A stretch of 64,000 nucleotides of DNA from the IMG/VR virus record IMGVR_UViG_3300012007_000009, positions 96,791 to 160,790 of that record, one strand, 5' to 3'. Position 1 is the first letter of the stretch; each line of letters begins with the position of its first letter. This stretch comes from a virus. Lineage: Duplodnaviria > Caudoviricetes. The translations under genes and the position numbers were made by a program. The notes under the pieces were generated by a model. It saw nothing but the letters and a program-made list of their open reading frames with translations, did no database searches and was not told where the DNA came from. Below are positions 29,655-39,433 of the stretch, piece by piece.

Positions 29655-31292
29655 ATGCGAAATCAACGACTAGCGGTCAACTGCCTTGTCCAGGTGAATT
29701 CGGACAACCGCCTCGACTTCGAGGAATGGCTCAACTACCATATCGCGCTCGGCTTCGACACGATTTTTGTCTGTGACAACGGCAACCACTCCTGGCTCGA
29801 CGAGGTGTGCGAGAAGCGCCGCGAGCATGTCACGCTCGCTCCCCGTGACGAAAGGTGGGCGTTCAAGAGCGAGATTATACAGGATTACGTGTCCCGCCGG
29901 GAATTCGAGGAATGGTGCATCTGCATGGACGAGCACGACTTCCTGTGGATTTCTCCGGCAAGGGCCAAGAGCATCACCGAGTATGCCGATACCATACCCG
30001 GTACCGTGGCGGCAGTGACGTTCTACGTCAAGCACATGTCCTCCAAGGAACCTACCAGGTACCGCGTGGGAACCCAGATGGACTGCTTCACCCATACCAG
30101 GAGGGAACCGGAAGGATTCCTCCCCATGTACAAGGCCCTACCCAACACGGGTATTACAATGTTCAGGGTATCCAGCCAGAACATGCCGCTGCGAGACCCG
30201 GTGACCCCGGTATACATCAACAACTGGGTCGATTCGGAATTCCGCCAGATGACGCCCGATAGGTTCAAGTCCGAGACTACTTCTCGCAGGTTCTACCCGA
30301 CCGCTTACTCCGTCCGCTGTTACCGGTATGCAATCCGCTCGGGCGTCGAGATGGGGTTCGACGACAAGATGGTTCCCGTCGGCTTCGATGTGCAGGACCT
30401 CAACATGCAGAAGGCCAGGGAGATGTACATGCATATCCCGGTGAATCCGGAAACCGAGACACTGTTCGCGAAGGCCGAACCGCCCGAGGCCGTGCAGGAA
30501 CCGGGAAGCCCGAAATCCGTGTCGGTCGTGGCTGCCGAGTCAGGTCTTCCCATCACTCGTGCCAGGATTGACAAGCTCATATTCAAGGGACAGTTCCTCG
30601 AGGACATAATGAAGTATGTCGAGGAGAAGGACCCGAATTACGACAGGGCCCTGCTCGAAAGCATGTTCGAGGATGAGCGCAAGAATATCGTGGCCACGTC
30701 GAGCCTCTATACGGAGATGCAGGAGATGCTGGACCAGGGCAAGGACGATGCCGAAATCCGGCGTACGCTGGTGCTCACCGAGACCACCTACAATCGTATG
30801 AAGGCTGCCTTGCCTGTTCTCGACATCAAGACCAAGTATGCCGACATGGTCGAGGAATCGGCTGGTGGCGACACTTCAATCCAGGTGAAGGTGGGTGCCG
30901 CCGTTCCCGTACAGGAACACGGGGATTCCGAGATTGAGAGCCTGGTTGACACATTCGAGGCGGACCAGGAGGTCAACGCTCCGACTGCCGAGGAACTGGC
31001 TACCAGGGAGGAAGCGGTCGCCATGCTGGCAGTCAAGGAAAAGCCGAAGGGCAAGGGCAGGACGTCCAAGAAGGAGACACCCAAGAAGGACACCGCCAAG
31101 AAGAAGGTCAAGGCTGCGGTGGTTGCAGGTACCGCAAAGAAGGTCGGCGGGAAAACCGGCAAGGCGGAAACGCCCGAAATGGCCAAGGATGCCGCAACCG
31201 AGGAGCTGGAATCCCTTGGGGAAGACCTGACCGGGGATATCGACCTGGATTCCATAGTGGCTGACAGGCAAACCGCCCCGCAGGACGAATAG
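29655..31292 (+). CDS. GT-A (GT2/GT92-like) glycosyltransferase domain fused to a long charged low-complexity C-terminus
   Basis: EEWLNYHIALGFDTIFVCDN...WCICMDEHDFLW. Confidence 0.65.
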   Translation: MRNQRLAVNCLVQVNSDNRLDFEEWLNYHIALGFDTIFVCDNGNHSWLDEVCEKRREHVTLAPRDERWAFKSEIIQDYVSRREFEEWCICMDEHDFLWISPARAKSITEYADTIPGTVAAVTFYVKHMSSKEPTRYRVGTQMDCFTHTRREPEGFLPMYKALPNTGITMFRVSSQNMPLRDPVTPVYINNWVDSEFRQMTPDRFKSETTSRRFYPTAYSVRCYRYAIRSGVEMGFDDKMVPVGFDVQDLNMQKAREMYMHIPVNPETETLFAKAEPPEAVQEPGSPKSVSVVAAESGLPITRARIDKLIFKGQFLEDIMKYVEEKDPNYDRALLESMFEDERKNIVATSSLYTEMQEMLDQGKDDAEIRRTLVLTETTYNRMKAALPVLDIKTKYADMVEESAGGDTSIQVKVGAAVPVQEHGDSEIESLVDTFEADQEVNAPTAEELATREEAVAMLAVKEKPKGKGRTSKKETPKKDTAKKKVKAAVVAGTAKKVGGKTGKAETPEMAKDAATEELESLGEDLTGDIDLDSIVADRQTAPQDE

Positions 31293-31321
31293 CCTCGCGC
31301 ATTCATATACATGTGGTTGCA

Positions 31322-31358
31322 CGGTCGGCCGGCTTTCCGTCCGGCCGTTTCCGTTTTT
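31322..31358 (+). terminator. Rho-independent terminator
   Basis: CGGCCGG/CCGGCCG stem plus T-rich tail. Confidence 0.55.
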
Positions 31359-31383
31359 CCGGATATTTTGCTATATTTGTGGC

Positions 31384-33621
31384 ATGAATATACTTACACT
31401 GAAGAGCTGCGTGTTCAATAACTTCATGTCGTACGGCAACAACGCGAACGAATTCACGTTTCCGAACGGCCTGGTGTGGATGACCGCCGACAACGGGAGT
31501 GGCAAGTCCACTCTGGTAGAAGCCATAAATTTTGCCTTGTTCGGCACGTCATACCGTGGAGGGAATAAGTCCGAGCTCCGCAACACGAGGAATGTCGACG
31601 GTACTCTGCGTGTACTGCTGGAATTCGACTGCGAGAAGGTAGCCGACGTGGTCGAGACCTACCGTGTAACGCGGACAATTTCCCCGAAGGGGACATCCAA
31701 GTTCGAAGTGGAGAAGTACGAGGGGGACCGCTGGGTAGCGCAGAGCAAGCGGGCGGGATATTCCCAGAAGGACTTTGAGGAAACCGTCCTGGGGTTCAAC
31801 GAGATTCTGTTCAAGAATACTATTGCCATGAATACCCAGGAGTCCATCCCGTTCATCGAGATGGCAGCCAAGCAGCGCCGCGACTTGCTGGAGTCCATCA
31901 TCATGGTGACCTGGGAGCCCTGGAAGAAGGAGACTGCAAGGCGTCTTTCCGCCGCATCGACATCGTTCGACATCGCGGAGAGCGATATCAACCGAATAAA
32001 CGCCGAGATAGCAAAGCTGAGTGCCATATGCGAGCAGCTGAAACAGGAAAAGAAGCAGAATATTGCCCTACTGGAACAGCAGCTCGCCGGATACCAGCAG
32101 CAGTTGCAGCCAGTTACCGAGAAACTGACTGGCCTGAATTCCCAGGCGACAGCCAAGAAGACTGAAATTGACGGGCTGGCTGCCGAGGCAGCCAAGGAAG
32201 CTGGTGTGGACCAGGCAATAGCAAAAATCCAGGCGGCCGGGCTGGAGATTGGCGTGCTTTCTAGGTACAGAGATGAGCTTTCCGGTGCCGAAGCCACACT
32301 GGAAAGGGTACTGGCACAGTACAATGAGATGCCTCTTGGTACGGTCAGTGCCAAAATGTCCGAACTTTCAGCTCAGATTGCCGACATTGACTCGCAAATA
32401 ACCACAAATACAGTGGACCAGCGAACTGCTGATAGTGAAATCAAGCGACTTTCAACTGAACAGAGCGATGTTGAGACTATGGGAAAGAACCTGAAGCCAG
32501 GAACACCCTGTCCGACCTGTGGAAAACCATCAACCGAGGCCGATATCGAGCCTCACAAGGCCGAACTTCGCAAGAAATACATAGAACTTCGCGACAAGAT
32601 TGCTGCGAAGAAGCAAGAAGTTGCCACTTTGGTGGCAAACATGACAGCATTGAACACAAGCAAGGAAAACTTGACTGCCGAACTTGAGCAAGTTAAGTCC
32701 GAAGCGGCCAAGATAACCGAGTTCTACAACGCATCTGTGGTTCCGGCCCAAGGTGCCGTACAGAGATTGAAGGCTTCCGTGGCCACGTCCGAGGCCACTG
32801 TCGCCGCTGCAGGGATGGACCCGGCCCAGTTCGCGGCAGAACTGGAACGTCTGACCGCCGAAAAGCAGAAATTCCCCGAAATCCGCCAGAAATGGCAGGC
32901 CGCATACGACGAGTGGACCGCACTGAGCACCTCGATATCGGCAGCCCAGTCGGAATACGACCTGGTCAACGGGAATATCAGCCGTTTGACTACTGAAATC
33001 GAGAATGCCAAGGCCAAGGCGGAGAATGATTCCCTGGCGATTACCGAAAAGCAGCTGGAAGATGCAAAGAATGACCTTGCAGATGCGGAACTCCGCCTGC
33101 ACACGGCGAGCGACGACCGCCTGGCCTACGACTACATCGGGAAGAACATGTGTGCAGATGACGGACTGAAGAAGATGATATTCAGCCAGTTCGTGCCGGC
33201 GTTCAACAAGAGTGTCGAGCGCAACATCAGGCGGCTGAACCTCCCGTTCAGTCTCGAGTTCGACGATACTATGTCATTCACCTTCCATTCGGAACCGGGC
33301 CTGGCCCCGTCCTACACCATGCTGTCTCAGGGACAGCGCAGGAAGCTCGGGTTCGCCATATCCATGGCCTTCCGCGACTTCGTGTCAATGGTCGGCAATT
33401 TCAAGATTAATTTCCTCTCGATGGACGAGGTGCTCGACGTATCCACTGACGACAGCGGCATGCGGGAAATGCTGGATATTGTCCGCGACATGACCGAGGA
33501 GATAGGCTGTGCCCTGGTGATAACCCACCGCGGTCCTGTCGTTGCTGACAAGTTCGACTACAGGATTGCAGTAGAATACGATGGAAATTATTCCACACTA
33601 GGAGAAATAGAGAAACTATGA
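31384..33621 (+). CDS. gp46: gp46-like recombination ATPase (Rad50/SbcC)
   Basis: NFMSYGN, NGSGKST, coiled coil with CPTC zinc hook, LSQGQ, MDEVLD, ITH; TTGCTATATT at 31368-31377. Confidence 0.92.
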   Translation: MNILTLKSCVFNNFMSYGNNANEFTFPNGLVWMTADNGSGKSTLVEAINFALFGTSYRGGNKSELRNTRNVDGTLRVLLEFDCEKVADVVETYRVTRTISPKGTSKFEVEKYEGDRWVAQSKRAGYSQKDFEETVLGFNEILFKNTIAMNTQESIPFIEMAAKQRRDLLESIIMVTWEPWKKETARRLSAASTSFDIAESDINRINAEIAKLSAICEQLKQEKKQNIALLEQQLAGYQQQLQPVTEKLTGLNSQATAKKTEIDGLAAEAAKEAGVDQAIAKIQAAGLEIGVLSRYRDELSGAEATLERVLAQYNEMPLGTVSAKMSELSAQIADIDSQITTNTVDQRTADSEIKRLSTEQSDVETMGKNLKPGTPCPTCGKPSTEADIEPHKAELRKKYIELRDKIAAKKQEVATLVANMTALNTSKENLTAELEQVKSEAAKITEFYNASVVPAQGAVQRLKASVATSEATVAAAGMDPAQFAAELERLTAEKQKFPEIRQKWQAAYDEWTALSTSISAAQSEYDLVNGNISRLTTEIENAKAKAENDSLAITEKQLEDAKNDLADAELRLHTASDDRLAYDYIGKNMCADDGLKKMIFSQFVPAFNKSVERNIRRLNLPFSLEFDDTMSFTFHSEPGLAPSYTMLSQGQRRKLGFAISMAFRDFVSMVGNFKINFLSMDEVLDVSTDDSGMREMLDIVRDMTEEIGCALVITHRGPVVADKFDYRIAVEYDGNYSTLGEIEKL

Positions 33622-34736
33622 GCGCTATAGTTGAAATCAACCCGCTGGCCATGTCCGGCCTGTACGTCATATACGGTAACGCGGGAGCCATCTACGAGAA
33701 ACCGGGAGAATACGGGACTTCCCACCTGATGGAGCATCTTGTTGCCCACACGTGGGATGACATGCGTGATATGTTCCAAGAGAACGCAATTTCGTCCAAC
33801 GCATACACGGCCAGTGATGTCGTGGTGTTCCATATCACGGGACTGACATCCCGGGTTGAACCTGTGGCGAAGGACTTCGTGGCCCATGTGACCGGCGGTG
33901 TTGACCGCGTGACGGAGGAGAAGTTCGATAATGAGAAGCAGACCGTGCTGCAGGAGTACGGCGACACCTTCGCCGACCCGATGAGTGCCGCACTCAACAG
34001 CGGAATGCGCAAGGTGTACGGCACCTACGGGCCAATAGGCGAGCGTTCGTGCGTAGAGAAGTTCACCTTCGATGACATGAAGCGCGTATACGCCGAAAAG
34101 TTCGCCCGTCCGAGCATGATAGTGTACATCGGGCCGTCAGGGGTGAACTTTACGGGAATCGAGTATACGCCGGGTGTACCGGAGGCTACCTGCCTACCAG
34201 AGTATTCCGAGAACAGGCAGATTGAACTCGAGCCTTTCCCGGGGATTGACCGGGTGATGGTGAACTGCTTCAGCAAGAAAATATGTGATGCCGGCGATTC
34301 GATGGCTCTGAAGATTGCTTGCCGCATGCTCAGCGGCGGGCTGAACTCCCCGCTGTACCAGGAAATCCGGGAGAAACGCGGGCTATCCTACTACAGTGTG
34401 GGTGACGTGGAGCGTTGCGGAAGCGTTGTCGTTCCCATGTTCTTCTCTGCAACGGAGAAGGAACGTGCCGGTGAGTTGATAGGCGTGTATGACCAGGTGT
34501 TCGGTGACCTGGACAGGTACATGACCAGGGAACGGTTCGATATCTGCATGAACTTTGCAAAAATCAACCGCGAGAAGAGCATGGTTCTCCGCTACGAGTA
34601 TTACGAGGACTTCATCGTGAAGGAACTCGGGTATGCCCTGGATGAGAACGAACTTGACACCATGACATATGAGCGGGCCATGGAAGTAGCGCACAAGTAC
34701 CTGTCGGTGGACAATATCTGCAAGTATACCGCGTGA
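33618..34736 (+). CDS. M16 family zinc peptidase
   Basis: GTSHLMEH (HxxEH), SNAYT, EKQTVLQE, SPLYQEIREKRGLSY; ATGA overlap with gp46. Confidence 0.9.
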   Translation: MSAIVEINPLAMSGLYVIYGNAGAIYEKPGEYGTSHLMEHLVAHTWDDMRDMFQENAISSNAYTASDVVVFHITGLTSRVEPVAKDFVAHVTGGVDRVTEEKFDNEKQTVLQEYGDTFADPMSAALNSGMRKVYGTYGPIGERSCVEKFTFDDMKRVYAEKFARPSMIVYIGPSGVNFTGIEYTPGVPEATCLPEYSENRQIELEPFPGIDRVMVNCFSKKICDAGDSMALKIACRMLSGGLNSPLYQEIREKRGLSYYSVGDVERCGSVVVPMFFSATEKERAGELIGVYDQVFGDLDRYMTRERFDICMNFAKINREKSMVLRYEYYEDFIVKELGYALDENELDTMTYERAMEVAHKYLSVDNICKYTA

Positions 34737-34761
34737 GATGGCTTTGACCTATGGAAAGCCG

Positions 34762-34792
34762 GGCCGGGACAGCAATGCCCCGGCCATTTTTT
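34762..34792 (+). terminator. Rho-independent terminator
   Basis: GGCCGGG/CCCGGCC stem plus T6. Confidence 0.7.
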
Positions 34793-34851
34793 GTCCATAG
34801 GCAATAGTTTTCAAGGAGAAAGTAGATAAACTCCCGGTTTGCGAGGATTTT

Positions 34852-37800
34852 ATGGCCGAAGGGTTCGATTTCGAGGAATTTTACATAAACGAGAAGGTCA
34901 AGACCGAGGCGGCAATAGACCGCAGCGGTGTCATTGTACAGAACCCTACCGAATCGGCTGAAATTGTGACAAATAACGTGCTGTACTATGCAGGCACTGT
35001 CCAGTATAGGACCACTGCCGGTTCTGCCTGGGCCGAAGTGACTGACGGGTGCCGCATATGTATCGAGGATGTTTCCGCTTCTTCCCCCAATTACTATTTC
35101 GTCAGGCCGTGGCATTTGCTTGGCGAGGCTGCCGACTTGGGCATCGCTACGGCATGGAAACCCGGGGCGAGCCGGGAAACCGTGTTTGAGCCGGATGCCG
35201 ATGCGGATGATATGCGGTATCACTTCATAGATGACAATAACGGCACGCATTACAGCATACATTCTTTCCGTGCCTACATTTTTCCGCGTCACACCGCCGA
35301 GGCTAACCAGAATATAAGGCCGTCTTCGAACATAGAGTTCGGGATGAACCAGTACCCCATTGACCAGAACGTAGTGCGTTATGCTGCGCTGATGAAGGTG
35401 CTGTATGGTGCCCTCGGACTATATGGGGGCCGCTGGAAAAGCCTGAAGTGGCTTTCCAACGTTTGGGACAAGAAGCAGGCCGATGCCATAAAGGACAATG
35501 CCGTCATATCGTACGACAGGTTCAAGCGGGCGATGGACAACCTTGCCGACGTATGCAAGGACAACGATGTCGGCTTTAGCGTGACATACTATGACCAGAG
35601 CTTTGCACGGGAGGTGACCGCGGAGGATGCAACTCCGGATGACTACAGGATAAACCGGTCCGCCGCGAAGAAAAAACATAGACAGTACATCGCTGCGCTG
35701 GCAGCGGCCGACATCACCAAGACCGACATGGGCAAGTTCACGTCGTTCAGTGACGCGTACGGTTCTGAGCTCGCCAGTTTCATCAGTCGCACCGGACTGG
35801 TGGATAATATCGGTAGTGCATACCACAACGAGACCGCCCTGCTTCCTCCGATAAAGACCGCAATCAAGGCGTATTTCTACCAGGCTGACGAACTCGAGGA
35901 CGAGTTCTGTAATTTGTTCCATAAGGTGCTGTCGGAGATTTCCAAGGTACCTATCGTATGGAAGTTCGTTTCCGCAACGACGAAGAATACCATCAACAAT
36001 GCAAAGCGGAACTATATATCGCAGCCAAGCGGCTCGACTCGTATGGCGTTTGACCTTGATGTATACCAGGCCATATTGCTGAATGAATGGGGAAAGTCAT
36101 ATTGGCAGCAGCATGCGGTTCCCCGGGTAATACAGGTAGGTGGATGGACTACGGGAAGCGGGGCCGGCAATACCGATATTGTCGGTCCAAACGCGGGGCA
36201 GGGTAACTGGAACATAGGATGGTGGTCGGCCGACACCGACGCGAATACCCCATTGTACATGTCGTTCAGCGGTGCATCCAGCAAGAGTGTACGGGACAAG
36301 GAATATGTATCGATGAGCGCCCAAGAGGTCCTGAATGAGCTCATAGACAGATACAATGCTGTCGTGGCCGCAGTAACCAAGCAGGCTTCCGCAGAGGATG
36401 ACCAACAGTATATCAGCAATGAAGTTCGCTCGGAGATTACCGAACATGTAATAAGCCATCCGGAGACTTTCGGGAGCTGGGCATTTGGGGAGGGCGGATT
36501 CCTGAATAAGCCAGGGGTGGGACAGTTCGGCTGGATATTGACGAACGTTAGCTGCTGGATGAACTACGTCAGGCTGAATGGGCAGGTTACCAATTCGGAA
36601 GGCACCTACATAGACGCCGGGAAACTTGTTACTTATATGGTGAACAACTGGCCCGCAAATACGTTGTTCGATTTTGGACAGCTGTCCGCTGCGGGGATGG
36701 GCTTCGACCCGGTACTGTCCGGTACATATGACGTGATTGCCTGGGAAGAAGGAATGAACGAGAGTGACCGGGAGGCCAGTACAGGTTATAAGTTCGTCCC
36801 GAAGTATACCGAGGAGTGGCTAAACCTGTCCGAATTGCCGTTTGAGAGTTTTGGTACTGCATTGAAGATTGTCAACGCTATGCGGGATGCATACAAGGAG
36901 ATGTATCGAGCCGCGGTAGTCCAGGCAATGACAATAGGGGCGGCCAGCGCAGCCAAGGCGCTCGTCAAGCTCGATGATATCGAGGATGACTTGAATGATA
37001 TCCGGGACGTATGCAATAAGTTGACCTGGTATCAGCGTCTGGTTGACGAATCGCCGTTCATCAACCTATCCACCATACCGGATGCGGGTAACTCATTGAA
37101 TACATCGGCATTCCCGGCTCACTTGATGTTCCCCGTAAGCATGTACAAGAAAGTGAGGGTAAAGTACAAGCGTTGGGGACGTACCAGGCACAAGATGGTC
37201 AAGCGCTCAATCGGGGTTCGCTGGGCAGAAGTTACCTTTACCGACGCGGCAGTATTCGGCGAATATCCGGTCGTCGAGGAAGAAGCAGGGAATACGGTGA
37301 ACTATACCAGTACGTACGAGATTGACGGAAGCGACGAGGCCCCGGTCCTGTTGCTGGACCGGTCCCTGCCGGACGAGGTGGTTGAAGCCGGACGTGGCCT
37401 GGTTCGGTTTGCGAACGAAAGCGTATCGTTCACCGTGGAAAGCGATGTCAGGCTGGCACTCGACGGTGTCGTATCGGCAAATCCCGGGAGCATCCTCTCG
37501 TTGAAGATTCCTCTCGCCCCGTCACAGCACGACGGTTCCAGGGAACCCGTCAACATACTTTATAAGATGCCGGGATTGCCGTATGATTCCGAAATCAGGA
37601 AGCGCGCGTTCGTTGAGTTTGGGTCGCTAAGCCAGGCACCTGGATTCGAGGTGGTAAGGAACCAGGGGCCCATCGACGACATGGTACCCGGCTGGAGAAT
37701 ATTCCATGCATCATCGGATAGCATAGCCGACCTGCGCGACGGTCTAGGCATTCACGATAAGGTCGCCATGCTTCTAAGCATATTGAAGCACGAATTTGGC

Positions 37801-39363
37801 GATTCCCGTGTACAGCTGGTGGAGACGTATCGTTCAATGGATGACCAGGCCGGAATGTGTTCCGGTGGACCGGAGAGCGCTTTCCTGTCGTGGCACAATT
37901 ACGGTCTTGCGGCCAAGATACTCATAATGAAGCCGGACGGGAAGACTCCCCTTGAAAAAGACGATGCGGACATGAAACGGCTATGCAAGGTTGCGAGGGC
38001 ATTTACCGAATGCTGCGAGTCGGGACGTATAGGACCGGCATGCAATGTCATCTGGTGCGCAAGGCTGGTGGTGGGCCCGTCGCTATTCGACTGGGAGTTC
38101 CTCCCCGTAGGCGTCGGGCACAAGGATGCGCCGAAGTTCCGCGATGCGCTCATTTCCCAGACTGACCCCGTGCATGAACTCGGCTACGTGGACGTTACCG
38201 CTAACCAGTACATCGTCAAGTCGCCACCATCAACGGATAAGCCGTATGTCCTGTCCACATCGGCCGCACTGGCAAACGCCGAGGACCGTGGCGGGCATAA
38301 GTTCATGAATCCGGATAACATACGGAATTACCCGCACGTGGACGACATTGTGCTGTATGACGCCAAGGAATTCGTCAACCTGATTAGGTTGAAGATGAAT
38401 GCAAACGGGACAGCGATGCCGAAATCAGGAAGCATATATGACTGGAAGGCGTTGAACCCGCATTCATGCGAGCAGTTAATCAGGTACTATGCTATGGTCG
38501 GCAGCATATCGGGAGCGAAGGCCCTGATTGCAGGCGACTACGTCGAACGATACCTTCCGGTCGAAGAACAGTACTATAACACTTCCGCAATAGATTACGT
38601 CAAAGGTATGCTGGGGAACCATTACAAGGACGTGAGAATATGCGTTGCCAGGGATGGCGAGTCCGCATACATTACGCTGCATGACGGGATATTCCACGTG
38701 AAGGCATTGGACGCGTACCCGAACAACGAACCGACCAGGTTTGACGTGCATAAGCAACAGAAGGTTGACAAGGAGCATATGTTATGGGGTACATGGCATG
38801 ACGGCGTGTTCTACACCGAGGATGAATGGCCGGTACCATACATCGATTCCGACAGGCCGGTCCTGTCTGGATATGTTGACGGGGAGGCTGTTGATGGCGA
38901 GGCGCTGATGCTGCACTATGTTCTTGCCGCCAAGATACACAAGAAGTTTACCGAGATACGGAAGTTGTTCGAGGAATTCCGGGGCTCCCTGATGTATGAC
39001 CACGTAGAGGACGGGCCGAACGCCGGGATGGCCGATATGCTCGAAAATGAGTTCGGCCTCATCAAGGCGCAGGACCTTCTCGATTTTGATGAACTGGATA
39101 CCATCGTGTCGGGTATACTGGACAATGCGGCCCTGGATGACCGCGGCACCGGCATGAACTTCGGGCTTGGGAAGGAGAGGGTGAAGCTGGATGGCTCCAT
39201 CTACGAGAAGGTGGTGAACAATGCCCAGGTCGCCGGCATTCGCAGGGCGTCCTTGAACAAGGAGCACATCCACATAAAGGACAACCCGACCCCGAGCGCG
39301 GTAAAGACCCTATATGACCTCATGGCTAAGGGTAACGGGTATATGGCCAACGACATCATATGA
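34852..39363 (+). CDS. 1503-aa late virion-type protein with M15 peptidase-like segment (tail/baseplate candidate)
   Basis: ETYRSMDDQ...SWHNYGLAA resembles M15 L-Ala-D-Glu peptidases; GATAAACT at 34825-34832. Confidence 0.65.
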   Translation: MAEGFDFEEFYINEKVKTEAAIDRSGVIVQNPTESAEIVTNNVLYYAGTVQYRTTAGSAWAEVTDGCRICIEDVSASSPNYYFVRPWHLLGEAADLGIATAWKPGASRETVFEPDADADDMRYHFIDDNNGTHYSIHSFRAYIFPRHTAEANQNIRPSSNIEFGMNQYPIDQNVVRYAALMKVLYGALGLYGGRWKSLKWLSNVWDKKQADAIKDNAVISYDRFKRAMDNLADVCKDNDVGFSVTYYDQSFAREVTAEDATPDDYRINRSAAKKKHRQYIAALAAADITKTDMGKFTSFSDAYGSELASFISRTGLVDNIGSAYHNETALLPPIKTAIKAYFYQADELEDEFCNLFHKVLSEISKVPIVWKFVSATTKNTINNAKRNYISQPSGSTRMAFDLDVYQAILLNEWGKSYWQQHAVPRVIQVGGWTTGSGAGNTDIVGPNAGQGNWNIGWWSADTDANTPLYMSFSGASSKSVRDKEYVSMSAQEVLNELIDRYNAVVAAVTKQASAEDDQQYISNEVRSEITEHVISHPETFGSWAFGEGGFLNKPGVGQFGWILTNVSCWMNYVRLNGQVTNSEGTYIDAGKLVTYMVNNWPANTLFDFGQLSAAGMGFDPVLSGTYDVIAWEEGMNESDREASTGYKFVPKYTEEWLNLSELPFESFGTALKIVNAMRDAYKEMYRAAVVQAMTIGAASAAKALVKLDDIEDDLNDIRDVCNKLTWYQRLVDESPFINLSTIPDAGNSLNTSAFPAHLMFPVSMYKKVRVKYKRWGRTRHKMVKRSIGVRWAEVTFTDAAVFGEYPVVEEEAGNTVNYTSTYEIDGSDEAPVLLLDRSLPDEVVEAGRGLVRFANESVSFTVESDVRLALDGVVSANPGSILSLKIPLAPSQHDGSREPVNILYKMPGLPYDSEIRKRAFVEFGSLSQAPGFEVVRNQGPIDDMVPGWRIFHASSDSIADLRDGLGIHDKVAMLLSILKHEFGDSRVQLVETYRSMDDQAGMCSGGPESAFLSWHNYGLAAKILIMKPDGKTPLEKDDADMKRLCKVARAFTECCESGRIGPACNVIWCARLVVGPSLFDWEFLPVGVGHKDAPKFRDALISQTDPVHELGYVDVTANQYIVKSPPSTDKPYVLSTSAALANAEDRGGHKFMNPDNIRNYPHVDDIVLYDAKEFVNLIRLKMNANGTAMPKSGSIYDWKALNPHSCEQLIRYYAMVGSISGAKALIAGDYVERYLPVEEQYYNTSAIDYVKGMLGNHYKDVRICVARDGESAYITLHDGIFHVKALDAYPNNEPTRFDVHKQQKVDKEHMLWGTWHDGVFYTEDEWPVPYIDSDRPVLSGYVDGEAVDGEALMLHYVLAAKIHKKFTEIRKLFEEFRGSLMYDHVEDGPNAGMADMLENEFGLIKAQDLLDFDELDTIVSGILDNAALDDRGTGMNFGLGKERVKLDGSIYEKVVNNAQVAGIRRASLNKEHIHIKDNPTPSAVKTLYDLMAKGNGYMANDII

Positions 39364-39433
39364 GCGATTGCCGGGGATTCCCGGGACTTATCAACCGGTA
39401 TAAACTACGGAAAACGACTGACGGAGGGTACGG

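Noticed and set aside
22541-33621. Inteins or introns in uvsW, rnh or gp46
   Set aside because: No splice motifs or frame breaks; the extra length is coiled coil or small insertions
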